Origin: Cyanobacteria bacterium SIG30
GTDB taxonomy: Bacteria > Cyanobacteriota > Vampirovibrionia > Gastranaerophilales > Gastranaerophilaceae
Assembly (NCBI GenBank): GCA_015152475.1
Contig: SUTW01000006.1
Span: forward strand, 14,372-78,371
Reading direction: 5' to 3'
Length of the DNA stretch: 64,000 nt
Below the pieces are notes generated by a model. It saw only the letters and a list, made by a program, of their open reading frames with translations, did not search any database and was not told where the DNA came from. Each line of letters starts with the position of its first letter. Positions within the stretch are counted from its first letter, which is position 1. This document shows, in pieces, positions 9,970 to 19,346 of this stretch. Position numbers and translations under genes: made by a program.

Positions 9970-10802
9970 TTTACCACATGCTTAATTAAAAAATAAATTA
10001 ATATTATTATTTTTAACAAAATAATGACAATAATATTGATACATTTTGGACATTATGTTTTAAATAAATTCATCTAAAAAATACTATTTTTTGATTTTTC
10101 GCTATTTTTAGTATATTTTTATAACTAAATGATATATATCTATAATAGATATTATGTAATTTTATTAAAAACATAAGATAAAAAAAATAAAAATAATAAA
10201 AAAAAGAAACAATAATAATATAAAATGAACGGAGTTTTATTTTAAATTTTTAAAAAGAATAAACCAAATTGTTATAAAAATAAATATCGAATAAATATCA
10301 AACAATTTTACTGTTTATAATTTGATTAAATTGTTTTTTTAAATTAATTTTTAAAAATGAACTCTTAGAATCAATTTTAAGCCACATTAAATTTTTTTTA
10401 GGTATAAACAATCGTATTTTAATTAAAATTTAAAATAAGGGCATTCTGGACTCGCAAAAGTTAAAATGGGCATTTATTACGTTTTTTACTGACATTTTTT
10501 ACTCTTTTATACTAAAAGTTTGAAACACTATTATATATTTTTTAAAAAATATAATAAATTATAAATAATAAAATTTTTAATAATTAATTATTTAAAATTT
10601 TTAAATAAAGTATTTTTTTAAATAAAAATAAAAAAATATTATCGATATATATCGTTTAGTGATAAAGTAATAATATTCATTTAAAAAATAAAATCTATTT
10701 TTAATAAAATCTAAATTTTTATTTTTATTTTTTTAAAAATAAACTTTTAGATTTTTTTTTGATAATGAAAAAACAAAAAAAATTTTCTAAACTAATTACA
10801 TT

Positions 10803-11465
10803 ATGAATAAAATTAAAGTATTAATTGTTGACGATCATAAACTTCTTAGAAATGGTTTAAGAAGTTTACTTGAAAAAGAAAAAAATATAATTGTTATTGC
10901 AGAAAGCGAAACGGGGAAAGAAGGTATAAACAAAATTTTATCTCACAAAATTGACCTTGCTGTTATCGATATATTACTAAACGATATATCGGGCATTGAA
11001 GTTATTAAAAAAATTGTAGAAAATTCACCAGATACAAAAATTATTGCATTATCATCTGATAAAAATCCTCATAATATTTTGGAAGCAATTAAAGCTGGCG
11101 CAAATGCTTATGTTTTAAAAGATATTCCGGATAACGACTTGATTTTTATTATTCAAAACGTTGCAAAAGGCGCATTCTATCTTGATTATCAAGTGGCTGA
11201 CATAATAAAAAAGAATTCAGATTTTATTCTTCCCCAAAAGAAAATGACAAGAGCAGGATTTAAAGCTCAACATGCAAATTTAACCGAAAGAGAATATGAA
11301 GTCTTAAAACTTATTGTAGATGGCAAATCAAATCAACAAATTGCAGATATATTGAGTATTAGCGAACATACATCTAAAGCGCATGTGTGTAATATTATCC
11401 AAAAACTTGTTGTTGATGATAGAACTCAAGCTGCTGTAAAGGCAATAAAAGAGGGTATTGTTTAA
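10803..11465 (+). CDS. NarL/LuxR-family response regulator (no adjacent kinase)
   Basis: Receiver domain (VLIVDDHKLLRNGL, DLAVIDILLNDISG, AIKAGANAYVLKD) plus a LuxR HTH (LTEREYEVLKLIVDGKSNQQIADILSISEHTSKAHVCNIIQKL). Confidence 0.9.
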   Translation: MNKIKVLIVDDHKLLRNGLRSLLEKEKNIIVIAESETGKEGINKILSHKIDLAVIDILLNDISGIEVIKKIVENSPDTKIIALSSDKNPHNILEAIKAGANAYVLKDIPDNDLIFIIQNVAKGAFYLDYQVADIIKKNSDFILPQKKMTRAGFKAQHANLTEREYEVLKLIVDGKSNQQIADILSISEHTSKAHVCNIIQKLVVDDRTQAAVKAIKEGIV

Positions 11466-11524
11466 CATAATTTGCAGATTTTTCTCTTTAAGCTATAATA
11501 AAAATACAATAGGGGAAGAATTTT

Positions 11525-13450
11525 ATGTTTAATTTATTAAAAAAAGATTTATCAATACCTAGTTTTTTAGGTAAACATCTTTCTATATTTTCAAACACTA
11601 AAAACATTAGTGGCTTGTCAAAAATATGGTTTGAGCTTGCAAAAAAATATCCAGATTCAGTCATTTTAAATGATGAATATTCAAAGCTTACTTTAACGAC
11701 ATCTGATTTTGTAAGATTATTTTCAACTTGTGCTGCTGCGCTTCAAAAGTTAGGCATTAAAAAAGGCATGAAGGTTGCGCAATTTAGTGAAAATAGTGCA
11801 AAATGGATAGTTTTAGACCAGGCAATCATGGCATGTGGCGCAATTAATGCCGTAAGGGGTTCTGAGGCACCAAAAAGCGAATTACAATACATTTATGAGC
11901 ACTCAGACAGTGTTGCCCTTGTGACGGATGATATCAAGGTTATTGAGGCGCTATCACCGCTTTTTGCAAAAAAACAGCCTAAATTTATTATATATATTGG
12001 CAAAAATGATATAAGTGGACTTAAAAATATCATTAAAATACCTTTTTATAGTTTTGAAGATTTTGTTAAATACGCTGAAGATAAGAAATTTTGGCCTACA
12101 ACAATTGAAATTAATGACCCTGCCACAATAGTTTATAGCTCCGGAACAACAGGGAAGCCAAAAGGCATTGTGTTAAGTCATGGTAATCTGCTTTCGCAAT
12201 TTGCACCAATTCACACTGTTATCAAAGTAAAAAAAGGCAGACATTTTTTAAGTATTTTACCAATTTGGCATATGTATGAAAGATTATGTGAATATTATGC
12301 AATGTCAAAATGCGCAATAATTGATTACACAAATCTTAGAAACTTTAAAAAAGATTTAATTCGCTTTAAGCCTCAATATCTAATTTCTGTACCAAGACTT
12401 TGGGTATTGTTGTACGACGGAATAATGGCTGAAATTGCTTCAAAACCATTGATTTCAAGAATGATATTTAATTTCTTATTAAAGATTTCTAAAATATGTA
12501 AAAAAACAAAACGTATTATCTCAAATAGATCGATTTATCACGAAAAAACCACTATTTTAGGCAAAATTATACCATTTTTTGTAACAAATATATTAATGCC
12601 CATCGATAAATTTTCAATGAAATTTGTATACAAAAAAATCAAAGATGCTTTGGGTGGTAAATTTATCAAAGGCATATCAGGTGGCGGTGCTCTGCCTCAT
12701 TATATTGAAGATTTCTTTGAAGCAGTCGGTGTAGCACTTTACGTTGGTTATGGATTAACTGAAACATCACCTGTTTTAAGCGTTAGAAAAGAAGAAAACA
12801 ATAAGCTTTATTCTGTTGGTCCAGCTCTTCCTGGAACAGATTTTAAAATAGTTGATCCAACAACATTTGAAGAAAAACCACAAGGACAAAAGGGTCTTAT
12901 CCTTGCTCGTGGTCCACAGGTTATGCTTGGATACTATAAAGATAAAGAAGCGACAGAAAAAGTTACTTATGAAGACTGGTTTATTACAGGCGATATTGGC
13001 TGGCTTACAAAAGATGCCAATCTTGTTATTACAGGCAGAATGAAAGAAATAATTGTATTATCAAACGGTGAAAATATTGAAGCAGACGGAATTGAAGCGG
13101 TTTGTCTTGAATTACCTTATGTTTCACAAATCGTTGTAACTGGTCAAGATAAACCTAATTTAACAGCTTTAATTGTTTTAAATCAAGACGAATTCTGTAA
13201 GGTTATGCCAAAGAAAGCAAACAAGGATCCTAATACATTGACTGATTTTAAAGCATTTTTATTAAATGAAATAAATAACAAAATTAAATCAAGAGTTAAT
13301 TTTAGACCATTTGAAAGAATAAATGATATCACATTTATTAAAGAAGAATTTACAGTTGATAACGGCATGATGACTCAAAGTTTAAAAATCAAAAAACACG
13401 TTGTTTGCGAAAGGTATAGTCAAGAAATCGAAGCAATGTATAAAAAATAA
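11525..13450 (+). CDS. Long-chain fatty acid--CoA/ACP ligase (FadD/Aas family, AMP-binding)
   Basis: AMP-binding motifs IVYSSGTTGKPKGIVLSH, GYGLTETSP and TGDIGW. 641 aa. Confidence 0.85.
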   Translation: MFNLLKKDLSIPSFLGKHLSIFSNTKNISGLSKIWFELAKKYPDSVILNDEYSKLTLTTSDFVRLFSTCAAALQKLGIKKGMKVAQFSENSAKWIVLDQAIMACGAINAVRGSEAPKSELQYIYEHSDSVALVTDDIKVIEALSPLFAKKQPKFIIYIGKNDISGLKNIIKIPFYSFEDFVKYAEDKKFWPTTIEINDPATIVYSSGTTGKPKGIVLSHGNLLSQFAPIHTVIKVKKGRHFLSILPIWHMYERLCEYYAMSKCAIIDYTNLRNFKKDLIRFKPQYLISVPRLWVLLYDGIMAEIASKPLISRMIFNFLLKISKICKKTKRIISNRSIYHEKTTILGKIIPFFVTNILMPIDKFSMKFVYKKIKDALGGKFIKGISGGGALPHYIEDFFEAVGVALYVGYGLTETSPVLSVRKEENNKLYSVGPALPGTDFKIVDPTTFEEKPQGQKGLILARGPQVMLGYYKDKEATEKVTYEDWFITGDIGWLTKDANLVITGRMKEIIVLSNGENIEADGIEAVCLELPYVSQIVVTGQDKPNLTALIVLNQDEFCKVMPKKANKDPNTLTDFKAFLLNEINNKIKSRVNFRPFERINDITFIKEEFTVDNGMMTQSLKIKKHVVCERYSQEIEAMYKK

Positions 13451-13459
13451 GGAGGATTT

Positions 13460-14263
13460 ATGGGAATAATGCAAGGTAAAAATGGTATTATATTTGGAGT
13501 ATCCAATAAATTTGGTATTGCAAATGCCATTGCTGAGCAGATTTATAATGAAGGTGGCAATATTGCTTTTACCTACGCTAATGAAGCAATGGAAAAAAGA
13601 GTTAAGCCTATTGCGGAATCTATGAATTCAAAAATGTGTTTAGAATGTGATGTCACAAAAGAAGAAGATGTTAAAAGAGCTTTTGAAGAATATAAAAAAC
13701 ATTATGGTACACTTGATTTTGTAGTTCATGCTGTTGCTTTTGCGAATAAAGACGATTTGATGGGTGATTTTTATACAACATCAAAAGAAGGGTGGGATTT
13801 GGCAATGCATGTAAGTGCTTATTCTCTTCTTACAATCTCAAAATACGCAAAAGAACAAATGGAAAATAATAATGGCGGTTCAATTATTGCACTTACTTAT
13901 TTGGGCGCTACAAAATATGTCGCAAATTATAATATTATGGGTGTTGCAAAAGCTGCTCTTGAATCTTCTGCGCGTTACATTGCAATGGATTTAGGAAAAT
14001 ACAATATTCGTGTTAACTGCTTATCTGCAGGACCAATGAAGACTCTTGCAGCAAAAGGTATTTCAGGTTTTGATTCAATGCTTAAAGCAAACGCTCTTAA
14101 AGCTCCTTTGAAACGTACACCAACCCTAGAAGATGTTGGAAAAGCTGGTTTGTACCTTGTGTCTGACCTTTCATCAGGCGTTACAGGACAAGTTCAATTT
14201 GTTGACTGTGGTGCAAGTTCAGTTTTTGCATCACGCGAAGAAATGAGCGAATTAAGTAAATAA
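13460..14263 (+). CDS. fabI: Enoyl-[acyl-carrier-protein] reductase (NADH) FabI
   Basis: GKNGIIFGVSNKFGIA, HAVAFA, Y..MGVAKAALES and SAGPMKTLAA motifs. Strong SD (AAGGAGG) upstream. Confidence 0.92.
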   Translation: MGIMQGKNGIIFGVSNKFGIANAIAEQIYNEGGNIAFTYANEAMEKRVKPIAESMNSKMCLECDVTKEEDVKRAFEEYKKHYGTLDFVVHAVAFANKDDLMGDFYTTSKEGWDLAMHVSAYSLLTISKYAKEQMENNNGGSIIALTYLGATKYVANYNIMGVAKAALESSARYIAMDLGKYNIRVNCLSAGPMKTLAAKGISGFDSMLKANALKAPLKRTPTLEDVGKAGLYLVSDLSSGVTGQVQFVDCGASSVFASREEMSELSK

Positions 14264-14273
14264 TAAAACTAGA

Positions 14274-14531
14274 TTAAGCGTATAGCCATAATTTTTGACC
14301 ACAACCTTCGTCTGGAGTTGAAGCTCCACCTAGGCCATATGTGGTTTGGCTATTCGCTTTTTGATATCCAAAATTAGATATTTCATTTAAATCTTGATGC
14401 AGTTTACTGCCTGCTACTGGTTGCTTAGTGATATGAGATGCGCCAAAACTTGGCATTTGAGTGTTAATCTTCTTGCTATTTGCAAAAAAATTCATCTCGT
14501 TTGAACTAATTTTTGGAACTTCAAAAGTCAT
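14274..14531 (-). CDS. Hypothetical small protein (85 aa)
   Basis: ORF only. Polar and Gly-rich, with a single Cys near the C-terminus (..GLGGASTPDEGCGQKLWLYA). Lies 81 nt downstream of the 221-aa ORF on the same strand. Confidence 0.4.
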   Translation of the reverse strand: MTFEVPKISSNEMNFFANSKKINTQMPSFGASHITKQPVAGSKLHQDLNEISNFGYQKANSQTTYGLGGASTPDEGCGQKLWLYA

Positions 14532-14612
14532 AGTTTGTCCTTATTTCTCTATATATAAATAAAAACAACCAGTAAAAATATATTTACAAAAAAATAAAAA
14601 AAGTTACAAAAA

Positions 14613-15278
14613 TTAAAATTTTGGAAAAGTTGGAAATGGATTTTTTTGCACTTGCTCATGAAAACTTCCGCCAGCACAAACAATTTCAATAACTTTAAGC
14701 GTAAAATCACGAGCTGCATCAGATTGATTTATGTAAAATTCCTTATTATCCATATGCTTAATTGTCATAATGGCGCTTTGATTTTTTTCAGCAGGCAAAT
14801 ACAAAGAAGCGATTTCTTTATCTAAAAGAATTTTGATTTGCTCATCATAATTATTAGGAGAAACGCCTTCTAAAATTTGATAATAATTACCATTAAGTGC
14901 AAAAATTCGTCCACAAAAAAGTGGAGATGAATCATTAACTCTTTGAAGTGCCTTTGGAACATTGTTAAAACGTGTTGTAAAGCTTAATGTATGCCACAAA
15001 ATATTAACAACAGCAACAGTTTTAGCTGAATCAATTTCACATGTTATATTTTGAACAGGAACATTTCGAACACTAAAAGATTGTTTTAATTGTTCAATAA
15101 TAAGAGCAATATTATCAATAATCTTTGAAAATGCATCACTTGTATTCATTAAAGAATGTTGAAAATCAAGATACTGTTTAAACATATGTACAGCAACAAG
15201 TCCTGCTCTTTCTTGAACAACGGAAGATTTTCTTAATTGGATTTCTCTATTATCAAGACTATCGAAATTATCTTTCAC
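14613..15278 (-). CDS. Hypothetical protein (221 aa)
   Basis: Long ORF with ordinary amino-acid composition. I recognise no family motif. Confidence 0.6.
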   Translation of the reverse strand: MKDNFDSLDNREIQLRKSSVVQERAGLVAVHMFKQYLDFQHSLMNTSDAFSKIIDNIALIIEQLKQSFSVRNVPVQNITCEIDSAKTVAVVNILWHTLSFTTRFNNVPKALQRVNDSSPLFCGRIFALNGNYYQILEGVSPNNYDEQIKILLDKEIASLYLPAEKNQSAIMTIKHMDNKEFYINQSDAARDFTLKVIEIVCAGGSFHEQVQKNPFPTFPKF

Positions 15279-15409
15279 ATTCGCCCTCGATATGCTACCT
15301 AATAATATAATATACTAAAATCGAGATAAATAAAAGCTTTATTTTTAAAAATATATTTTTTGATTTAGAAAATTTGCCCTATTAATTGAAAATAAAGTAT
15401 AATTATCTT

Positions 15410-16294
15410 ATGAACAAATACCTGAATGATTTTGAAAAATATTTATTATATGAAAAGAATTTTTCCATGCACACGATAAAAGCTTATAAATCAGATGTTT
15501 CAACATTTCTTTTATGGCTTAATGGTGAAAATCCTATTGAAATTACTAATAAAAAATTTGTAGAATTTTTAAGATTTATTCAAAATATTGATTATCAAAA
15601 AACAACAGTTGCAAGAAAAATTGCGTCAATTAAATCATTTTACAATTATTTATATTTAAAAGAAAAAATCAATTATAACCCGATTGATAATGTAATTTTA
15701 CCTAAAAGAACTAAAAGTTTGCCAAAATTTTTAACAACAGAAGAAGTTGAAAACATTTTAAGGAACACAAAAATTGATTCACCTAGTGGCTATAGAAACA
15801 GGCTTATTCTTGAACTATTATGGGTTACTGGAATGCGTGTAAGCGAACTATCAAGTTTAAATTACGAAAATCTAAATTTGGAAAACAATGAAATTAGAGT
15901 TTGCGGAAAAGGAAATAAGGAAAGAATTGTTTTAATACCAGATAAAACAAAAGAATTTTTAAATAATTACTTAAATAATGTTAAAAATTTAATTTACAAT
16001 ACTAAGATTGATGCAAAATCGCCAATTTTTATTAATAATACTGGTTATAGACTACAAAATCAAAGCATTAGAAAGGCAATTAAACAAGTTGTAGATAAAA
16101 TACAATTGCCAAAAAAAGTTACACCACACGTTTTTAGGCACAGTTTTGCGACAAAAATGCTTGAAAAAGGTGCAGATTTAAGAATTGTACAAGAATTATT
16201 AGGGCACGCAAGTATTGCAAATACACAAATTTATACACACGTTTCAATGCAAAGAATGCAAGAAGTTTATAGCCAAGCACATCCAAGGGCATAA
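15410..16294 (+). CDS. Tyrosine recombinase XerC/XerD family
   Basis: N-terminal SAM-like domain (FEKYLLYEKNFSMHTIKAYKSD) and a catalytic domain with R (GMRVSEL), HVFRHSFAT, LLGHASIANTQIYTHV. The ATG at 15410 is preferred over the TTG at 15386. Confidence 0.85.
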   Translation: MNKYLNDFEKYLLYEKNFSMHTIKAYKSDVSTFLLWLNGENPIEITNKKFVEFLRFIQNIDYQKTTVARKIASIKSFYNYLYLKEKINYNPIDNVILPKRTKSLPKFLTTEEVENILRNTKIDSPSGYRNRLILELLWVTGMRVSELSSLNYENLNLENNEIRVCGKGNKERIVLIPDKTKEFLNNYLNNVKNLIYNTKIDAKSPIFINNTGYRLQNQSIRKAIKQVVDKIQLPKKVTPHVFRHSFATKMLEKGADLRIVQELLGHASIANTQIYTHVSMQRMQEVYSQAHPRA

Positions 16295-16295
16295 A

Positions 16296-17813
16296 TTATT
16301 TATTAATTTTTACACCAAGCCAGTTAAAAACTTTAAATCTTGCGCAATAATCCTTTAAATCTTGTTTGATTTCAGGCATTAAAATAAATATTGTAATTAA
16401 GTTTGGAAGCGCCATTGCAAGCATTGTTGCGTCTGTAAAATCAACAACGCTTTGAAGATTCATTGAAGAACCAATTACAATAAATAAACAAAACATTATC
16501 TGAAATGCTTTAATTCTTTTTGTACCTTCACCAAAAATATAACACCAAGCCTTTTGACCGTAATATGCCCAGGAAATTACTGTTGATAATGCAAATAACA
16601 CTATAACAAACGATAAGATATAAGGAAAAAAGCTTGATACACTTCCAAAAGCAGAAGATGTAAGCTGTATGCCAGTAATTCCATCTGTATAATTTTGATA
16701 TTGTTTGGTAATAATAATAACAGAAGCTGTCATTGAACACATAACAACTGTAAAAAATGGCTCAAGAAGTGCAACAAAACCTTGCGAAATAGGTTCTTTT
16801 GTCATTGTTGCGGCATAAGCAATTGGTGCAGAACCTGCACCTGCTTCGTTAGACTGAATTGAGCGCCTCATACCAATAATAATACAACCAATTACGCCTC
16901 CCGCAACAGAAGTTGACTGAAAGGCTGTTTTTATAATTGTATAAAGAACCTCTGGTATATTTGTAAAGTTAATAACAATAATGAAACAGGAAATCAACAT
17001 ATATAAACCGCACATAACAGGAACGATTTTTGATGCAACATTTGCTATACTTTTAATGCCACCAACAATGATGAGTGCAACAATAATCATTAAAATTAAG
17101 CCACAAACCCAAGCATTATTAAAAAAGAAACTATTTTCACCACCTGTCATATATATAATTTGTTGAGTTGCTTGGTTAACCTGCAACATATTGCCACCAC
17201 CTAATGATCCAGGAATACACATAATAGCAAAAAACAATGCTAAAACTTCACCAAATTTTCTCATACCTTTTCTTGTAAGCCCATGCGCCATATAAAACAT
17301 AGGGCCACCAGAAATAGAACCGTCAGGATTAAATTTTCTATATTTAACAGCTAGTGTACATTCAAAGAATTTAAGTGCCATACCAAAAAATGCACCAAAA
17401 AACATCCAAAACATAGCACCTGGCCCACCAACAGAAATCGCTATTGCGACACCTGCAATACTTCCAAGACCCAAAGTACCAGACAATGCCGTTGAAAGCG
17501 CTTGAAGCGATGAAACTTCACCGTCTGAATTGCCGTTATTATCTTTTTTTATAATTTGTTTAACTGCATAACCAAAGCCCCACAAATTAATACCATTTAA
17601 ATATAGCGAGGCAAATATACTTGCAAAAATTAACAATAAAATAAGTATTGGCACATCAACTCCAGCTATATTAACTGGAAAAAATACTATTTTTGAAAAA
17701 AAATCTGAAAAAGGTGCAAAAACACTATCGATTTTCTTATCTAATTCAAGAGCAAAAACTCTTTGCGTGTTAAAGAAAAATAATGCAAGCATTATTTTTA
17801 AAATAAATTTCAT
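16296..17813 (-). CDS. Alanine/glycine:cation symporter (AGCS family)
   Basis: 505 aa and polytopic. AGCS-like motifs GEVSSLQALSTALSGTLGLGSIAGVA...GGPGAMFWMF and RRSIQSNEAGAGSAPIAYAA. Confidence 0.9.
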   Translation of the reverse strand: MKFILKIMLALFFFNTQRVFALELDKKIDSVFAPFSDFFSKIVFFPVNIAGVDVPILILLLIFASIFASLYLNGINLWGFGYAVKQIIKKDNNGNSDGEVSSLQALSTALSGTLGLGSIAGVAIAISVGGPGAMFWMFFGAFFGMALKFFECTLAVKYRKFNPDGSISGGPMFYMAHGLTRKGMRKFGEVLALFFAIMCIPGSLGGGNMLQVNQATQQIIYMTGGENSFFFNNAWVCGLILMIIVALIIVGGIKSIANVASKIVPVMCGLYMLISCFIIVINFTNIPEVLYTIIKTAFQSTSVAGGVIGCIIIGMRRSIQSNEAGAGSAPIAYAATMTKEPISQGFVALLEPFFTVVMCSMTASVIIITKQYQNYTDGITGIQLTSSAFGSVSSFFPYILSFVIVLFALSTVISWAYYGQKAWCYIFGEGTKRIKAFQIMFCLFIVIGSSMNLQSVVDFTDATMLAMALPNLITIFILMPEIKQDLKDYCARFKVFNWLGVKINK

Positions 17814-17826
17814 CGGCTATTCCTTA

Positions 17827-18381
17827 TTATTTTGAGGGCAAAATTATAACCTGCCCAATTTGAAGTCTTGCAGGATTTTTAATGTTGTTAATTTGTTGAA
17901 TTTCTTTAATTTTTTCGTCACTATATTGACCATAATATCTTACAACGATTTTATCCAATGTATCACCTTTTTGAATAGTATATTTTTCTTGGATTAAATC
18001 AGCATCAGGCAAAGGAGCATTTTCAACAACTTTTTGTTCAACTTTTTGAACAGTTTTAACTTCAATTTCATTATCCTTGTTTACACCAGCAGAGCTTAAA
18101 GCAACGATGCCAAAAACAAATAACATAAAAAGAACGCCTGAAACAAAACCAACAACGTAGTAAACTCCAGGAGTTTTGTTCACATGGCTTCTTGTGAAAT
18201 TTCTGCCAATGTTTTTATATAAAACATCAAGTTCATTCGTTTCTTCAACTTCTTTTTTTGCACCAGCTTCTGAATATTGTGGCATAATTTCATTGTTATC
18301 TAAATTATTTGGCTTCATATCTTCAAACATAGACATTCTCTCCTTTGATAGTCCTATTCTGTGTGATGTCAAACTTTTCAT
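17827..18381 (-). CDS. LysM domain membrane protein
   Basis: One TM segment (VVGFVSGVLFMLFVFGIVAL) and a C-terminal LysM domain (YTIQKGDTLDKIVVRYYG...INNIKNPARLQIGQVIILP). Confidence 0.75.
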   Translation of the reverse strand: MKSLTSHRIGLSKERMSMFEDMKPNNLDNNEIMPQYSEAGAKKEVEETNELDVLYKNIGRNFTRSHVNKTPGVYYVVGFVSGVLFMLFVFGIVALSSAGVNKDNEIEVKTVQKVEQKVVENAPLPDADLIQEKYTIQKGDTLDKIVVRYYGQYSDEKIKEIQQINNIKNPARLQIGQVIILPSK

Positions 18382-18460
18382 AACTCATTCCCTTTACTAT
18401 ATAGTAATTTGAACCAAAGTTGAATGTCAAGAATTGAGATTAAAATTGTAATAAAGCTTA

Positions 18461-19033
18461 TCAAATAAGTTTTTCAAAATAACTAATTACTTTGTTTTTA
18501 TAAAAATCATTTTTTGAAGAAAAAGCTAAAACGTCACAAGATAAAATTTTTGAAAGCGAATTAATTTTATTAAAAGTTTCATTTCTTGAAATATAATCAC
18601 ATTTTGTCATAATGGCAAAATAGGGAACATTATTTAATTGCAACCATTCTAACATCTGTAAATCATTTTTTTGAATATCGTGTCTGGCGTCAATAAAAAG
18701 TATTGTCGATTTTAAATTTTTTCTTTCAAGTAAATATTCTTCAAGAGATTTTTGCCATCTATTTTGTTCAGTTTTTGAAACTTTTGCATAACCATAACCG
18801 GGTAAATCTGCAATAATAAAAGATTCACTAATTTCAAATAAGTTTATAAGTCTTGTTTTGCCAGGAGTATTTGATGTTTTAGCAAGTTTTGCATTATTGG
18901 TTAATCTGTTAATAAAAGATGATTTTCCAACATTTGAACGCCCTAAAAGTGCAAATTCAGGCAAGGGAGAATCAGGGCAATGCAATAAATCAGGAGCACT
19001 AATTAAAAATTTTGGATTCTTGATTTTTAGCAT
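18461..19033 (-). CDS. engB: Ribosome biogenesis GTPase EngB/YsxC
   Basis: EFALLGRSNVGKSSFINRL (G1), DLPGYGY (G3) and MTKCD (G4). Confidence 0.9.
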   Translation of the reverse strand: MLKIKNPKFLISAPDLLHCPDSPLPEFALLGRSNVGKSSFINRLTNNAKLAKTSNTPGKTRLINLFEISESFIIADLPGYGYAKVSKTEQNRWQKSLEEYLLERKNLKSTILFIDARHDIQKNDLQMLEWLQLNNVPYFAIMTKCDYISRNETFNKINSLSKILSCDVLAFSSKNDFYKNKVISYFEKLI

Positions 19034-19265
19034 CAGCCTTCATTTCTTTCATTCTTTTTTTATACATTGCTATACTTAAAAGATTATAAACTTTTTCATT
19101 ATTTACAACATTAATTTGAATATTATTTTTCATTATATCAACGTTAATTGATTTTTTTTCAGTTAAATTCGTTTTTAAATTCACAATATTAATTATTTTG
19201 CCTTTAAGAATACTTACGGGCGACATAACAAAATCTTCAAATGATTTAAAAATAGAATTCTGCAT
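18999..19265 (-). CDS. Hypothetical small protein (88 aa)
   Basis: ORF only. Overlaps the engB start by 35 nt. No recognised motif. Confidence 0.3.
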   Translation of the reverse strand: MQNSIFKSFEDFVMSPVSILKGKIINIVNLKTNLTEKKSINVDIMKNNIQINVVNNEKVYNLLSIAMYKKRMKEMKADAKNQESKIFN

Positions 19266-19346
19266 AAAATAAACCTAACATATTTATTATAACATGTAAA
19301 ATATTTTTTTGATATAATCAACCTTACATTATATAAGGAGAATAAA

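Noticed and set aside
9970-10802. The AT-rich gap as the chromosomal replication origin
   Set aside because: I found no cluster of DnaA boxes. There is only one imperfect TTTACCACA-like site at about 9971 and nothing matching TTATCCACA or TTTTCCACA repeats. Neither dnaA nor dnaN is adjacent. I cannot exclude it without a GC-skew analysis of the whole genome.
10967-10991. Two further CGATATAT(CG) copies inside the response-regulator coding sequence
   Set aside because: They encode the conserved receiver segment AVIDILLNDIS around the phospho-acceptor Asp. The repeat is explained by ATC-GAT-ATA / GAT-ATA-TCG codon usage rather than by a binding site.
15410-16294. The tyrosine recombinase as the integrase of a mobile element or genomic island
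   Set aside because: Its size and motifs fit housekeeping XerC/XerD. There is no flanking tRNA, no direct repeats that I could see, no phage, transposon or conjugation genes, and no obvious compositional shift.
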